Shown here piece after piece: positions 27,301 to 40,400 of a stretch of 64,000 nucleotides of DNA (the first letter of the stretch is position 1; each line of letters begins with the position of its first letter). Below the pieces are notes generated by a model, which made no database searches, was not told the DNA's origin, and saw nothing but the letters and a program-made list of their open reading frames with translations. A program made the translations under genes and the position numbers. Origin of the DNA: Azolla caroliniana (lineage: Eukaryota > Plantae > Polypodiophyta). Location of the stretch: contig JBHGNT010000008.1 in assembly GCA_043228905.1 (NCBI GenBank), positions 19,716,001 to 19,780,000 of the forward strand, in the 5' to 3' direction.

Positions 27301-29012
27301 TCTCTCTCTCTCTTTCCGTCTCTGTATACAACAATATACAATGCTCCACATACTACAACGTTTATAAAGTGATTACCGTAAGTCATATTTATACTTATAT
27401 GACGTTTGGGCTATTTACAAATATAACCTCAATAGGCTCACAATGAAACATATTTACACATATGTCCTTGGATCCGGTTTGCACCGAATCCATCCGGATT
27501 CACTCGATCCAGTTTCCGGGATCCATCCGGATCCGGTTCCTTCATCCCACTCGTTCAATCCGGCTCCTCCGGTTCTCATCTGGAGGGACCGAATTCCCAA
27601 CAAAAAGTTCACTCCTATGGTATGTGATTTTTCTATTATGTAATTTGTATTATATGATTCCATTTTACATTTGGTTTAGTACTAGTGTAGACCACAATTC
27701 ATACCACACACTAGGAAAATAATGGTTTAGTATTGATGTTGTTCCAAATACTATATTGCGCATTGCAATTTATGTGGTTTGGTACTTCTGCATTCACCAC
27801 AGCTAATTTTACAAATTAGTGTATAGTTGTTATAGGACAAGACATGCTACTATGACTAAATCCCTTACGTATATTTAGGTGGGCTACCACTAGCATAGTA
27901 CACACTTCACTTTGCAATTAGGTGTACAATTGGTATAGTACTAGAATCCATTGTATAGTAAACGTTGGCCCTTACTAGCACATTACACACTCATTCTGGA
28001 ATTAGGTGTATAATTCCTTTAGTACTAGAATACATTGTATATTTAGGTGGGCTAGTACTACCTCTTGCATTTTTTATGTTTAGTACTACCAAATGTCCTT
28101 ACACTATTGCACATTCTTTTTTTGGTATTTTAGTATATTGTTTATATGATTTAGCACTAAGATATTTAGGTATTTTAGTTAGCGAAGACAATCTGGCTTA
28201 CGTTATATTAGTACTAACAATATTGATTAAAGTGTATTCCTTGGCGTTCACTTCATTCAGTACTAATTATTTAATATTGAAGGTCTTAGTTTAGTTGTAT
28301 AACTTGTATTAGTACTAACATTATTCATTACATTGTATGTTTTGTGTCCAAGTGAGTTAGGCTATGGAAGAAGGGGAAATGGGCATGAAGGTCTTAGCTA
28401 TTTGGTTGTAATAGTACTAACATTGTTCATTACCACCTAGATATGCTTGTCCATGTGGTTTAGTACTTGAGGCGCAAGTTCCTTCACTCTTTTTTACTGT
28501 ATTTGTAATAATGGACTCATGTTATTATATGAACTCTTGTTGATTCTCACAAAGAATGTTGTAGCATCAAGCAACACCACATCAGGGAAGGTAATTGACC
28601 AACCAACCCCCGTGCTACTACGTACAAAGTCTTCTACAAATTCTAAAGTTCACGGTCGCCCCTTTGCGGTAACTAATGAATAATTTTATGATGAAGATGA
28701 ATGTATGCGAAGGGCCATTGGAATAGTTGAGCATGTCCTTTTTCAAACAAATTCTCCAAGCTCGGCTCAACCTGACATTCTGAAAGGTAATGCTAATTGT
28801 GTGTTTACATCTAATTTCTTATTTGTGTGTATACTTCTAAATTTTTATGTTTCTATCAAATAACCTATGAAGAAGTGTAATGCTGCAAGTAAATTGTATG
28901 GAAAGGGGAAGAAATGTAGAGTTGACTATAGTGGTGGGTCATGCACATTCTCACAAACTTTGAGAGTTGTAAACCTAATGAGTTTGACTAATACCATGTA
29001 CTTTTGTTTTTA

Positions 29013-30856
29013 GACGAGGAAACACTTAATGAAAATGGAGATACTGATTTAGAGCCACATCATGAAGAAGAATTTATCACTCCCAGATACATGTTCGCAG
29101 CCCTCTCATCTTATAGTTATTTGAACCATAACACCTCGGTGACAATAATGGTATTGGTGTAATATATAGATAGTGCTCTGAAAGCTTGGGATGACGAAGA
29201 ACCCCAACCTAAGACTGGCGCCATCCAAAGCATTGATGAGGTGTGTGATGCCAATGCAAAGTAGGACTTAGAGAACATGACAAACACAACCACCTGTAAG
29301 GAGTTGTCGACAGAAGTCTAGGATGACGATGTAACAATAGGTAAAAGTTTGGCCCTTAATCTTGTATGTTAATTGATATTGTAATTAGCCTTCATTGTAT
29401 AATACTGTGAGTTAATACTGGTATTGTTGGGAATATATTATTTAGGATTACAAGAACAAGGAGATTCCCAAATACCATTAGATGATTCAAGCACTATATG
29501 GAGCAATCTTGATGATTCAAGCACAGAAGCAGACGACAACCACACTACCACACATGAGGATTGTGAGATGACCATTGCATTCAATTTTGAAGAGGAGCAG
29601 GCATGTACAAAGAATGATGTTTCTAGCATAATCCACAAGGAGTCAGCAAACGAAGAGGCCACCCAAGAAGATGTTGGTAAAGCAGATCCCTTCGAACGGG
29701 AAGAAGAGAATGAACCAAATCAGATAGAATCAATGGGTAATTCGGCCGAGGCTGAAATTGAAAATTGAAAACCAGAAATCGATGATATAACCGATTAGGG
29801 AGACTATATTTGTAAATATTCTAAATGTGCCTCATCTGGGCTATATTTGTAAATAGCCAGAAAGTTGTATAAGTATAAATACAACTACGGAAAACTTTAT
29901 TTGTATGTTGGTGAATCATTATTGTAGCATAGTTACAGTGTGTAGTTGCCTCAGTAACTGAGAGGGATAGAGAGAGAGTGAGAGTTAGTGTGTGAGTAAC
30001 TCTACAGTCATCATTCGACGAAGAATAGGTCAAGGTCGTTGCATTGAATCCTCTTGTTGTACTCCTCCTCTTATAGTGATTCGGTTCGGAGTTTGTGCAC
30101 TCCACATGGTTTTTCCCATTTGGGTTTTCCATGTTAAATCTTTTGTCTTTGTACTTGTGTTCTTCTACCGTCTTGTTTTTCTATCTAAGCACTATCTTTC
30201 TCAATTCTTTGCACCCAAGTATACATACGAGCAACCGGTTGTGGCTGGTTCCGATCTTAATAGAAGAGGAGGCATGTCCAAAGAACAAGGTTTCTAGCAT
30301 TATCCAAGAGGAGTTTGCAAGCAATGTGAATTTGACCCAAGAAGAGGAGCATGATGGTATAAAGAATGAGATGTCTCGCATATTCCACGAGGAGTATGTC
30401 CAGAACACCGCAACTAGCCAAAACTTGGGGCAGGGTTGTATAAAGAACAAGGTGTCTAGCATCATCCACGAGGAGTCTGCAACGAAGATGGCAATGACCC
30501 AAGAAGTGGAGCAAGGTTGTACAGAGAATGAGGTGTCTAACATCATCAACGAGGAGTCTGTCCAAAACACCACAACCACCCACGAAAAGTAGCACCATAT
30601 GAAGAATGAGGTATCCAACGACTTTCAGGAGATTAATGATAATACTATCAACTGCATTTTTGTGGATGTGTGTCCATATCAGGAAGTTACAATAAATGAA
30701 ATTGTTCCCTCAAGCTTGGTTTCTGATGTTGTCCCTTCCCCCTCCGATGATGAAGTGCCACTTAGTAGTCTGTTAAGTCCTGGCTTTAAGATGAAGAAGG
30801 GTGTAAAATCACAGAAGAATGAAACCAAAAAAGGCTCATACAAGGTCCAAAAATAA
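29013..30856 (+). pseudogene. Intron-containing degraded gene for an acidic protein with about six 26-27-aa tandem repeats, split by a solo LTR
   Basis: Splice-like sites at ~29013 (AG), 29341 (GT) and ~29446 (AG). Repeats of the form EEEQACTKNDVSSIIHKES / EEEACPKNKVSSIIQEE / QGCIKNKVSSIIHEES. Confidence 0.55.
29672..30262 (+). mobile_element. Solo LTR (Tnt1/Tork-like copia)
   Basis: TGTTGG...TTAATA with TSD GAAGA; motifs CTATATTTGTAAATAGCC and GGTTTTTCCC..GGGTTTTCCA shared with the 58381 LTR. Confidence 0.85.
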
Positions 30857-33800
30857 ATAAAACTATGGATTATATTTTGATCATTGTCTGTACTTGATTA
30901 CTAGAATATCAAAGCAATAGATATTTTCTATACTTGATATGCGTACAAATGATATTTCTATCATTGTTTTGGTTTACCTGATACTTGGCACTTGTTATGC
31001 ACCCATATGTGTGTATGTGATGAACAATGAGAACATGATTGATGAGTGAAATGAACACTCCCTACCTTAGCTAGGTTAGAAAACATTTGAGAGAGTTTTA
31101 GTACTAACTTGATATGTATAGTACTAACTCTGATACTTAACACTATTCGAAACATTTAACACTTTATGAAAAAGCTACCGCACATATGAAAACCAAAGAA
31201 GATGATGTATTTCTTGGGGGACATTGTAGACAATATTGTATGCCTTAACCTTGTGCTTGGCTTGAGTAATAGTGAACTTGAGTTGCTATACTGGCATCAA
31301 CATAGATTATTGCAGTGGGTGCATCTTTTAATAATGCATACATGTATGGCAACTTTGTATAGTAGTTGCCATACACGACAGACTCACCATCGGTGAACAT
31401 GTTGCCCCAACCATCCGTCACCACTTCTTTCAATATTGTGTTCCCTTGCTTGCACACCACAATGTAGTAGTCTTCAAAATTGTTGAGAATCAAGCTCAAC
31501 ATAGCACAACGTGTGAACACACCTTTTGAGAATCTATGATTACTCAAAGGTCAAGAGTCACACCACTACTCTCTACACATTAACTATGTGTCATAGAATC
31601 ATATTCTATGACACATAACTAATGAGTTACATATTCCCCATGACTATGAGTCTTCAAATTCCCCAAGAGAGAGAGTGGTTGTTGTAAGTTAATGAAGAGG
31701 GAGGGTGACTCTATATAAAGCACCCTCCTCATACTTCATACGAAGTCGGTTGTGACTCCTTGTAACGCTATTTTGTATCTCATATTCTACTTGTTAATAT
31801 ACATCTCCTTCTTCTTCTTGAGTACTTCACATTGTCTCTTATCTACCTTGTGTTTCTCTCCTCTCCTCTCTTCTCTCACACATACACACATAACTCACAT
31901 CTCTTCCTTATATCTCCTTTTTTATTGCATAGCTTGTAGATTGTGCTCCATTTGTTCCTTATATGATATCATCTGTTTTATTAGATGTTGGTAGTAACTT
32001 TTGTATTACAATAGAGGTGAGATGAAATGTCTCCTTCTGTTCTCTATATGTACATTTCTCAAGTAATATACTAAGGTGTATCTGTCTTGAAAAATGAAAA
32101 CTCACATCTCTTCTGCTTCACAAGAATCATATCCGTTTCTTTACATGGTATCAGAGCGATTTGGTAGCTCGATCTAGCCCACTTGCCTCATCGTGATCGT
32201 GTGTTGTGCTCTACGCTGACGTTCAAGAAGAACCGGCTCATTGCTATCGTAGTGTGACTACATAGCTCGTGTTCGAGAGAGAAGGAAAAGAAAAGAAGGA
32301 AGAAATCTACATCGACAATTAATACTCAAATGGGGAGCGCTCTACCTAGCGAGAAGTTGGATCGCAACAACTTTGCATCTTGGGAGTACAAGATGCACCA
32401 ATACCTTGTCGGCCAAGGCTATTGGAGCTACATCAAAGGAGCAGAAGAAAATCGGCCCAACCCGGAAGACGCCGACTATGCAATGTGGGAGCAACCGGCA
32501 AGCCGAGTGATGTATTTCTTGGCAATATGTGTTCACGACCATATGCTTGGGTACATTAGAGAAGCCAAGATGCCGAAGGAAGTGTGGGAGAATCTACGAA
32601 AGATTTTCGCAGCCAACACTACCGCGAGAAAGCTTCAACTCCGCCAAGAGTTGAATAACATCCAACAAAGGGATATGTCCGTCATGAGCTAGACCTTGAA
32701 GATCAAGGAGCTTTGTGATTCGCTAGGCTCGATAAGCATAAATGTGGAGGATGAAGAGATGGTGCAAATATGCCTTGGCAGCCTTGCACCAAGATTCGGC
32801 ACGATGCGGACCACTGTACTTCGATCTTCAATCCATGTTGTTGGTCGAAGAAAACCATGTTCGAACAAGGAGTAGCGCCTCGGATGGCCAAATTCTCTAC
32901 ACGCATTCGGACGGAGGAAGAGGACGCGGCCGTGCAAGAAGAGGCCGATTTGGCCAAGGACGAGGCGAACCAATTTACGAAAACAACTCTCAATTACGGC
33001 AACAAGATGGAGGCCATCGGGGAACCTTCGGAAGAAGGGGGAGCCACCATTCCGGTCCGAGCCGACAAACCTCAATCAAATGTAGATATTGCGGGAAATT
33101 CAGCCACCACGAAGAAGAATGCCGTAAGAAGATACGCGAGTCAGCTCCACTAGCCGACAAGTCACCAACTACGCCATCAACTCCGACTATGACGATCGTG
33201 GCGGAATGTTCATGATGAGACATAGAGCGAATTCTATGTCGGCCTCTACTTCTACTAATGCCTCCGGTCCGGAAGACGTATGGTTCGTCGATTTCAGTGC
33301 CTCGAACCATATGACATCGCATCAAGAATGGTTCCGAGAACTTCGAGAGCCAGACTGACCTGGCTATGTCGAAATCGGAGACGATACTACGCACCCGATT
33401 CGGCACATCGGCAATGTTTTGTTCGGAGAAGAAGGTAAGCAAATTTATATTAAAAATGTCTTGCATGTACCAACTATCACGGACAATTTGGTCTCCATCG
33501 GCCAAATTGTAGAGCAAGGAATGCAAGTACGATTTAATCAAGGTGGTTGCTTCATCAAAAAAGAGGGCCAACTCATCACACGTGGACAAAGAGAGGGCCG
33601 AATGTTTATTCTCGACTCACACGAGATGAAATTGGCCATGTTCGCAAAGGGCATGAAAGCCGATTCCAACATATAGTTATGGCACAAGCGGATTGGCCAT
33701 ATCAACCTCCAAAAGCTCAAGGCAATGCAATCAAAAGGAGTCGTCATTGGGCTCCCGACATTCACGAAGAAAGAGATTAAAGGCGTGTGTGCCGCTTGCC

Positions 33801-34308
33801 AATTCTGCAAGCAACATCGGCACCCATTTCCGAAGGAGCGGAACGTGAGCAAAGTTGTACTCGATGTTGCCTCTTAGGAAACACGGTCCGTGGTCAGTCC
33901 TTCGACCTAGACCCCAAGGTGGGTGTGGAACAACGAACAGAGCTTAATCGTACTACGTAAGGAGAGAACCTCTGTGATTCCTCTGTGTGTAAGGGGAGAC
34001 GGCTACAACCGACTCCTTATCACAGGTTGCGCTTACGTACTACTACGATTAAGTATCTGAGACACAGACACTGAATTAGCCATAGCTATACACAGAAACT
34101 CAGAGAAGATAGTATTCTATTATCAGGCGTTCTTTTACATTTCCCAAAATTTACACGCACCTCCTTACGAGGTTTTCTGCCCTTTATATATGCAGGGTCT
34201 AATTAGTCGTTCACGCTTCCCCGCGTGAACCGTTACATACATTACACTTTATATAGTTTCTTATTCCTACGGTTTTGGCCGTCGATTACTATTCCGGCGG
34301 ACAACACC

Positions 34309-34325
34309 TGGCACGCCTGTGGGAC
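34309..34325 (+). other. Antisense PBS-like site TGGCACGCCTGTGGGAC at the PPT position of the gypsy
   Basis: Starts 2 nt inside the internal region from the 3' LTR boundary; resembles the complement of the tRNA-Arg(UCU) 3' end (TGGCACGCCCGGTGGGAC as recalled). Confidence 0.8.
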
Positions 34326-34353
34326 AGTGCCTTTGCATGTCGGATCCATCCCG

Positions 34354-37296
34354 TTAATCTTCTTTCAAAATGTCCCGGATGTTCGGCTCTGTTGTGGTGT
34401 CCTCGGCCGGAGTTGATGTAGGGCCCGTAGGTGCATCGTGGTGCGGCTCCTCTGCTTGGTCGGCCTGGTTTCTCCCGGAGTCGCCTTCGCCGTGTGTGGG
34501 TGGTCCGGGTACGGTGGGCTCTTCTTGAGTTCGTGGGCTGGGCTCCGCCGGTAGCGTGTTTGTAGTTGGCTGCTGCTCTGCCTCTATTGTTACGTCCTCC
34601 GTGGTGTTGGCCGTTTTTGTGTGTTCTTGGGCGTGGGGCGGGGATTCCGCCTAGTCCGCACTATTTTCCGCGTTTTCTGAAGATGGTGTGGGCTGGACCT
34701 TTTGTTGGTTAATCGTTTCGCTGTCTGGTCTTGTGGGGAACTCCGCTCGTTCGTCCCCACTATTCTCCCCCGTTGTCCTCGCTGGTGATCGGTCCTGAGG
34801 TTCCTCTTCTTCGGCTGTGCCCGGAATTGGTGTCTCACTGGGTTCCTCATTTGTGTGTGTGTTGCCGGTTTGTGTGATTTGGTGAAATAGCTCCTCCTGA
34901 CTTTCACCAAAATCATCTAGGAGTTGTGCGAGTTCTTCGGAGTGTTGGTCTGCTAACGCGCGATAGTCTTGCGCTAGGTCCTCCCGTACGGTCGCAATGC
35001 TCTCCTCGTTTAGCTTATAAAACCCTCAACCGTCTTTCTGCTGGTTCTCCCAGTCCGCACGATACACGTGCAATTCTGCTGCTTGGGTTGCCCACGCCAT
35101 CCATCCTTTGTCCAGCGCCGTTTTCAATTGCGTTGTGAACCTTTCCTGGTTGGTTTGGAGAAGGATGTGCACGTTGTCCATGATGGCCTGGCAGCGGTTG
35201 CGTGCGTCTTCCATCGACTTCTGGAGATTCGCGATTTCCTGCTGTTTAACGGATGCCGCTTCCTCATACGTGGCCTTCAGGCCCGCCCATAGCTGGGATT
35301 CCTTTTCATGCTGTTTTTCTAATTTCCCCATTTCATTATTTAGGCGGAATTCGAGTTGATGCCGTCTGTCTTGTTCGACTACCAACTGTTCATCGAACCA
35401 TACCTTCTTTTTCTCTAAGAAGGCCCGAAGTCCCGCTATTGCCGCCTCTGATTTCTTCGCGTCCTCTCGTAATTGGGTGTTGTCGTCTTTTGTCCGGATG
35501 TGCTGAGCCACCTCCGTAGCTAGTTTCTCTTCAAGCGTTTTTACAGCCTTTCGTCCGTTAGCCCGTACCTCCTTTTCTCTGTCGGAGGATTGACGTAGCT
35601 CTACTCGAAGACGGTCAATTTCGAATTCCGCTAGCTGCACGACCCTTTTTGCTTTTGAGGCGATGGCGGTCTGAGCCTCAATTTCTTCTTTGAGAGTGTC
35701 AGGGTTCGGTGGCGGGGTTTTGTGTTGCGCCGTAGTCGTATGAGCTTCTAACTCCGCGATGCGTGCGTTGGCCTTTTGTAGTTCGGCTTCGGTCAGTTTA
35801 ACCTTCTTCCAGACATTCTTATTTTTTATGGCCATCTCCTTGGCGCCCATGCAAACCTTTGCTAGTTCTTGATGGACTTCGACTAGGGCCGTGTTTAAGG
35901 GTGGTATCTCCATCCCTACTCTCCGTACCCCAGCGTTCCTCTGTCTGTTGACCCTAGCTAGCCGGTCCTCATCGTCGCTCTCCGTTGTTTGTGTTAGGGC
36001 GCGCTCTATCATCTGTCGTTCCGCATGCTCCTCGGCCATGCATTGGGCGGCTTTGACCTGTTGTGTTGCCAGGAACTCCATGAGCTTGAAAGAGGTACCG
36101 AACTGCAAGAGGGCGCTGAATTCGTGGGCCGTATCCGGAATATCCGGATATGCCAAAACCTCGCTTTCCGCCGTCAATACGACTTTCCCTCGCTGGGACT
36201 GAGTCGTAATAATCGGCCGCAGCTCCCGGATGATTTCGAAGGTGGTATTCGGCTTTGTTGTTGCGGGGCCTTCGCCTGCGGTTGGTGCCTCCGGATCTGT
36301 GGGGGCGTTTTTTACCAACCCCCGCCCATCCTTTTTGTCCAATCTGCGCTGTTTGGGTCTAGGGCTTTCCCCCCGTGCTTCGGTGTCTGGTTCTGGGGCT
36401 GCCTCCATGTGGTGTCTCGGCTGTTCCTCCTGCGTCGCCTGTGTATCCGGTTGGTTGGTTGGAGGTGTTGTCCTTGGGTCTGGTTGGGCCGATTGGGGTT
36501 CCTCCTCCCACTCTAGGGCCGCTAACTCCGCTAACCTGTGTTTCGCGGAGCGGGGCGGGGCCGTGGGTTGGCTGCTGGGCTGTGGTGCTGTTAGGCCTCG
36601 GGGCGGAAATAGTACCGTAAGGTATTGTTGGATGATTGGCCTGAGCTTTTTGCCTGCTTGGTACACATGCTAGCCTTCCCTTAACGCCGGCCCTGTGATG
36701 ATCCCCCAGTCGACTGTACGCCCCTCAAAGGTGTCGATAATGATGCCCGCCTTCTGTTTAGGCATCCTGTAAGCGTTGACATGGACATAGCCTACTTCCA
36801 GTAGGAACTTGGCAACTTCACGGAAGAAGGGATCCGGAATCTGTTTTGTTCTATAAGCTTTGGCGGAAGATGAGTATGGGCCAAAATACCTCTGCAGTGC
36901 CTCTGTAGGAGGTATTTCGAAATGTCTTTCGCCTAGTGAGGATAGGTCTAACCTCTTCCGAATGGAAGAGTTTGTGACCGTGTCGATGTTAAGCCGCCTC
37001 GCGATGTCCATGGCGTCCGGGTGCGGAGGTGCTTTTGCGACCCGAATATAACCATCCAGGCGCTTCTCCACGAGCCATCGGCGTAGGGCAGTAGAGATGA
37101 AGATCGGCATCACCAGGGTAAGTTCGTGGAGAGGCGACGCGTAGCAGTGGTGAGTTGGAGCTCGGAGATGTGATGGGGAAGAAGGTGAGGAGGAGCGATG
37201 GGAGCGTTGATAGCTAGACGTTGTGTTTTTGCTTTGTGCAGAAAACCTTCTATTTCCTTCTTTTTGTGGCTTAGGGTTCCTTGGGCGGTGAGCCAT
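34354..37296 (-). pseudogene. Extra ORF of the gypsy, 981 codons with three in-frame stops: globular N-domain, long coiled coil, acidic disordered tail
   Basis: ORFs 36670-37296 and 35026-36666 and the downstream text share one frame; stops at 36670, 35026 and 34651. Confidence 0.8.
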
Positions 37297-37439
37297 CGTG
37301 GTGCCGCGTGTTCTTGAACTAGGAGTTTGTGCACGCCTTTAGTCGTTTTAATAGTCGCTATCTTCTTCTTCTTTTCCTTTTTTCCTAACGGTTGGTTACC
37401 CCCTATTTTTACATTATAGCACAATTGGGCCTGTCCCTT

Positions 37440-40400
37440 TTACGCTGCGGGTTCTCCGGCTTTGTCCCGTTCGGCGGTAAATGGGTTAGGTGGTGTAGGG
37501 CCCAGGTAAGGTTTGAGCCGAAACCCATTCACTTTTTGCCGTACTACTTCTCCAGCCAGTGTTCCTAGTTGGAACGTGCCCTGTTCCACTCCAATTATCT
37601 AGTATGGGCCGGTCCAGCGGAAACGTAGCTTACCCGGCATCTGGCCCATGCGTGTTTGAAAAACTATCACCGCTCGGCCCACGACGAACTCCTTTTCCCT
37701 TGCGCTCCGATGTCGATCGACAAATGCTTTACGCCGTTGTTGTTCTTCTTCCAACACAGCCATGCTGTGGACGCGTTTCTCCCCTAGTTCGAGGAGTTGG
37801 TAGAGTCGTTCCTCCTCTGACTTGGCTTCTAATAATCGGTTCTGTACCTGAATGCGCAAACTAGGTACCCGAAATTCGACCGGCATTACCGCTTCTAGTC
37901 CAAACGCTAGCCGGAACGGTGTTGACCGTATGCTTGTTTTGTAACTAGTTCTGTACGCCCATAACGCACTCTGGAGTTTGGTATCCCAGTCCGTTCTGTT
38001 TTCATTGACGGTTTTCTTTAAAATGGTCTGTAAAGTTTTATTCGTGGATTCCGCTAATCCATTCGCCTGCAGGTAGTATGGCGTGCTTTTCTTGTGGACG
38101 ACTGTGTAATGTTGTGTTAGTTCCCGAACCACCGTATTGAGGAAGTGGTTCCCCTGGTCACTGATGAGCTCAATCGGGCAGCCGAACCAGCACCAGATGT
38201 GCTCGTACAGAAATTTGGCTATGACGGCTGTCGTATTTTCCCGTAGAGCCTTTGCTTCTACCCATTTGGTACAGTAATCTGTGGCTACTGATATGTATTT
38301 GTTATCCGTACGGGCTGCTGCTGATAATTTACGACTTGCGTAGTATACTGGCCTGTACCCGTTTGGTTCGGTGAGTTGCATTAGCGCGCTTCCTATTGCT
38401 GTGTCCGAGGCATCGACGAACACGTGAAATGGTTTCGCCCAAACTGGAGGTTGTACTACGGGGGCTTGTGTGAGCATTATCTTAAGTGGCTCATATGCCT
38501 TATCCTCTGTTGCAGTCCATTGGAAAGGAGTCCGATGTACGACAGCGTGTAGTGGCGTGGCGAAGTCCACCAAATACCGTATCATCCGACTATGCCACCG
38601 TATTTGGCCCAAAAACCGGCTAAGTACTTTGGCATTTGTCGGAGTTTTAGCTTGCGTAATAGCGGAGATCTTGTTTGGGTCGATCGCTATTCCTTCCTTG
38701 CTAACTATGTGGCCTAGGAGAGCCCCGTTGGTCACGCCGAATGCACATTTCGTGGGATTCAGGCTTAAGCGTGCGGTGCTGCAACGTTCCAGGCAGAGAC
38801 GTAAGTGCGAGAAATGGTCTTTTGTTCGCCCATATACCGCAAAATCGTCTAAAAAGACTTGCATGAATGCCGGAATGTATTCCCCAAAGATCTCCGTAAT
38901 AGTTCGTTGGAATGTTGCCGGTGCTGCCTTTAGCCCGAACATCATGACGACCGCCACATATACTCCCCAGTCCGTGACAAATGTCGTCTTCTCCTGGTCA
39001 TCGGGGTGCATGCGTACTTGGTTATAACCAGTGAAGCCATCTAAGAAACTGTACATCTCATGGCCTACGACGGCGTCCAACTCGCTATCATTGAAGGGTA
39101 AGGGAAATGCGTCCGTAATGGTTACGGCGTTTAATTTCCGGTAATCCACGCATACCCGTATTTTGCCGTTTTTCTTTGGGACAACCACTATCGGGCTAAG
39201 CCATGTCGCTTGTTTTACTGGCCGTATGAACCCAGCCCTCAGCAGCTTGTCAATTTCTTCTTTCACGTGGGTCGCGTAATTGGGGTTCATGCGGTAGCAA
39301 CGTTGCTGGACAGGTTTCGCGTCCGTTGCTAAATTGATCTTATGCTGATAGAACTTGGGATCTAACCCCTTCATGTCCTCATGAGCCCATGCGAACACAT
39401 CTTTATATTCTGTGAGTAGTACGATCATTGTGGTTCTCTGGTCCGGCCTCAATTCCTTTGCTATGGAGAGGAACCGGGGTTCTGAACCCGTACCCACATT
39501 CACTTCGTCGAGAGCGGAAGCGGTGACCTATCGTGAAATCTCCATTTCCCTTTTGAAGGCCGCCCGTGCTTTGCTAAGTTCCAATATGGACTCTGGGTTT
39601 GGTTCGTACGGCTCTTCGCTCCGAACAATGGCCGTAGTATATTCTGCCGCAGTTGCGATGACATCTATCTCGAACAACGAAATAATCTGAGGATGTTCGT
39701 CAAGGTACGCTTCCAATTCGGCATCCTCCACCCCAGCCAGCATATTGATGTCTTCCGCATATAACGGTGTTATCCCCTTAGGTTGGGGCGTGTTGCCTTC
39801 CATAGGAACCCGAACCTTGATGCGTCCCTGCCGGAAACTGATACACTCGTGTTTCCAGCTCTGCTTGATATTTGTTGTCCGAAGCCATGGTCTGCCCAGA
39901 AGCACTGGGTACGCTCCTGGCGCGTCCAAAGCAAGTTTTCGCACTAATCACATTGACGCCTGAGCCGTCGTCGATTACACATCCAGGGACTTCCTGTCCG
40001 TGCAATATTACTATAATGGCCAAGTTGTGCTGATCTACCACTGGTGGTCCCTCGCTGATGTCAGTAAGGTTTGTGGCAACACTCGCCCTGGTCATGCCCG
40101 CCACCTGTGCTTCCATGGTCTGACGGAAACGTGGAGCTAGTTGTAGCAGTTTTTCCATAGTTAGCGTGATTTCACAGCCCGTTAACACCTGCCAAATGGG
40201 GTTCGGCCCCGGTTTTTCGTTCTCTGTTCGATTCATTGCATTCGCGGACTCCTGGCTCATATGTTCCGTATTGGTTGCATTTGCTTTTTCCACCCAGGCT
40301 TGGGCTTGTCGTCGTACCTCGTCTTGCGCAGCCCAATCCGCCGTTTTCGTTTGCTGGCGTGTCGTGACTTGTTGCACCTCCGCCATAATCCTGTTGACGG

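Larger units (their letters stand above)
21057..27602 (-). mobile_element. Full-length degenerate Ty1/copia (Tnt1/Tork-like) carrying two nested solo LTRs
   Basis: LTRs 27023-27602 (5') and 21057-21592 (3'); TSD AAAAG; PBS TGGTATTAGAGC (27008-27019); PPT AAGGGGGAGTT; broken gag-pol similar to 59152-63150. Confidence 0.95.

Noticed and set aside
34309-34420. Complete tRNA gene upstream of the gypsy 3' LTR
   Set aside because: Only the last ~17 nt resemble tRNA; no T-loop, anticodon arm or D-arm is visible.
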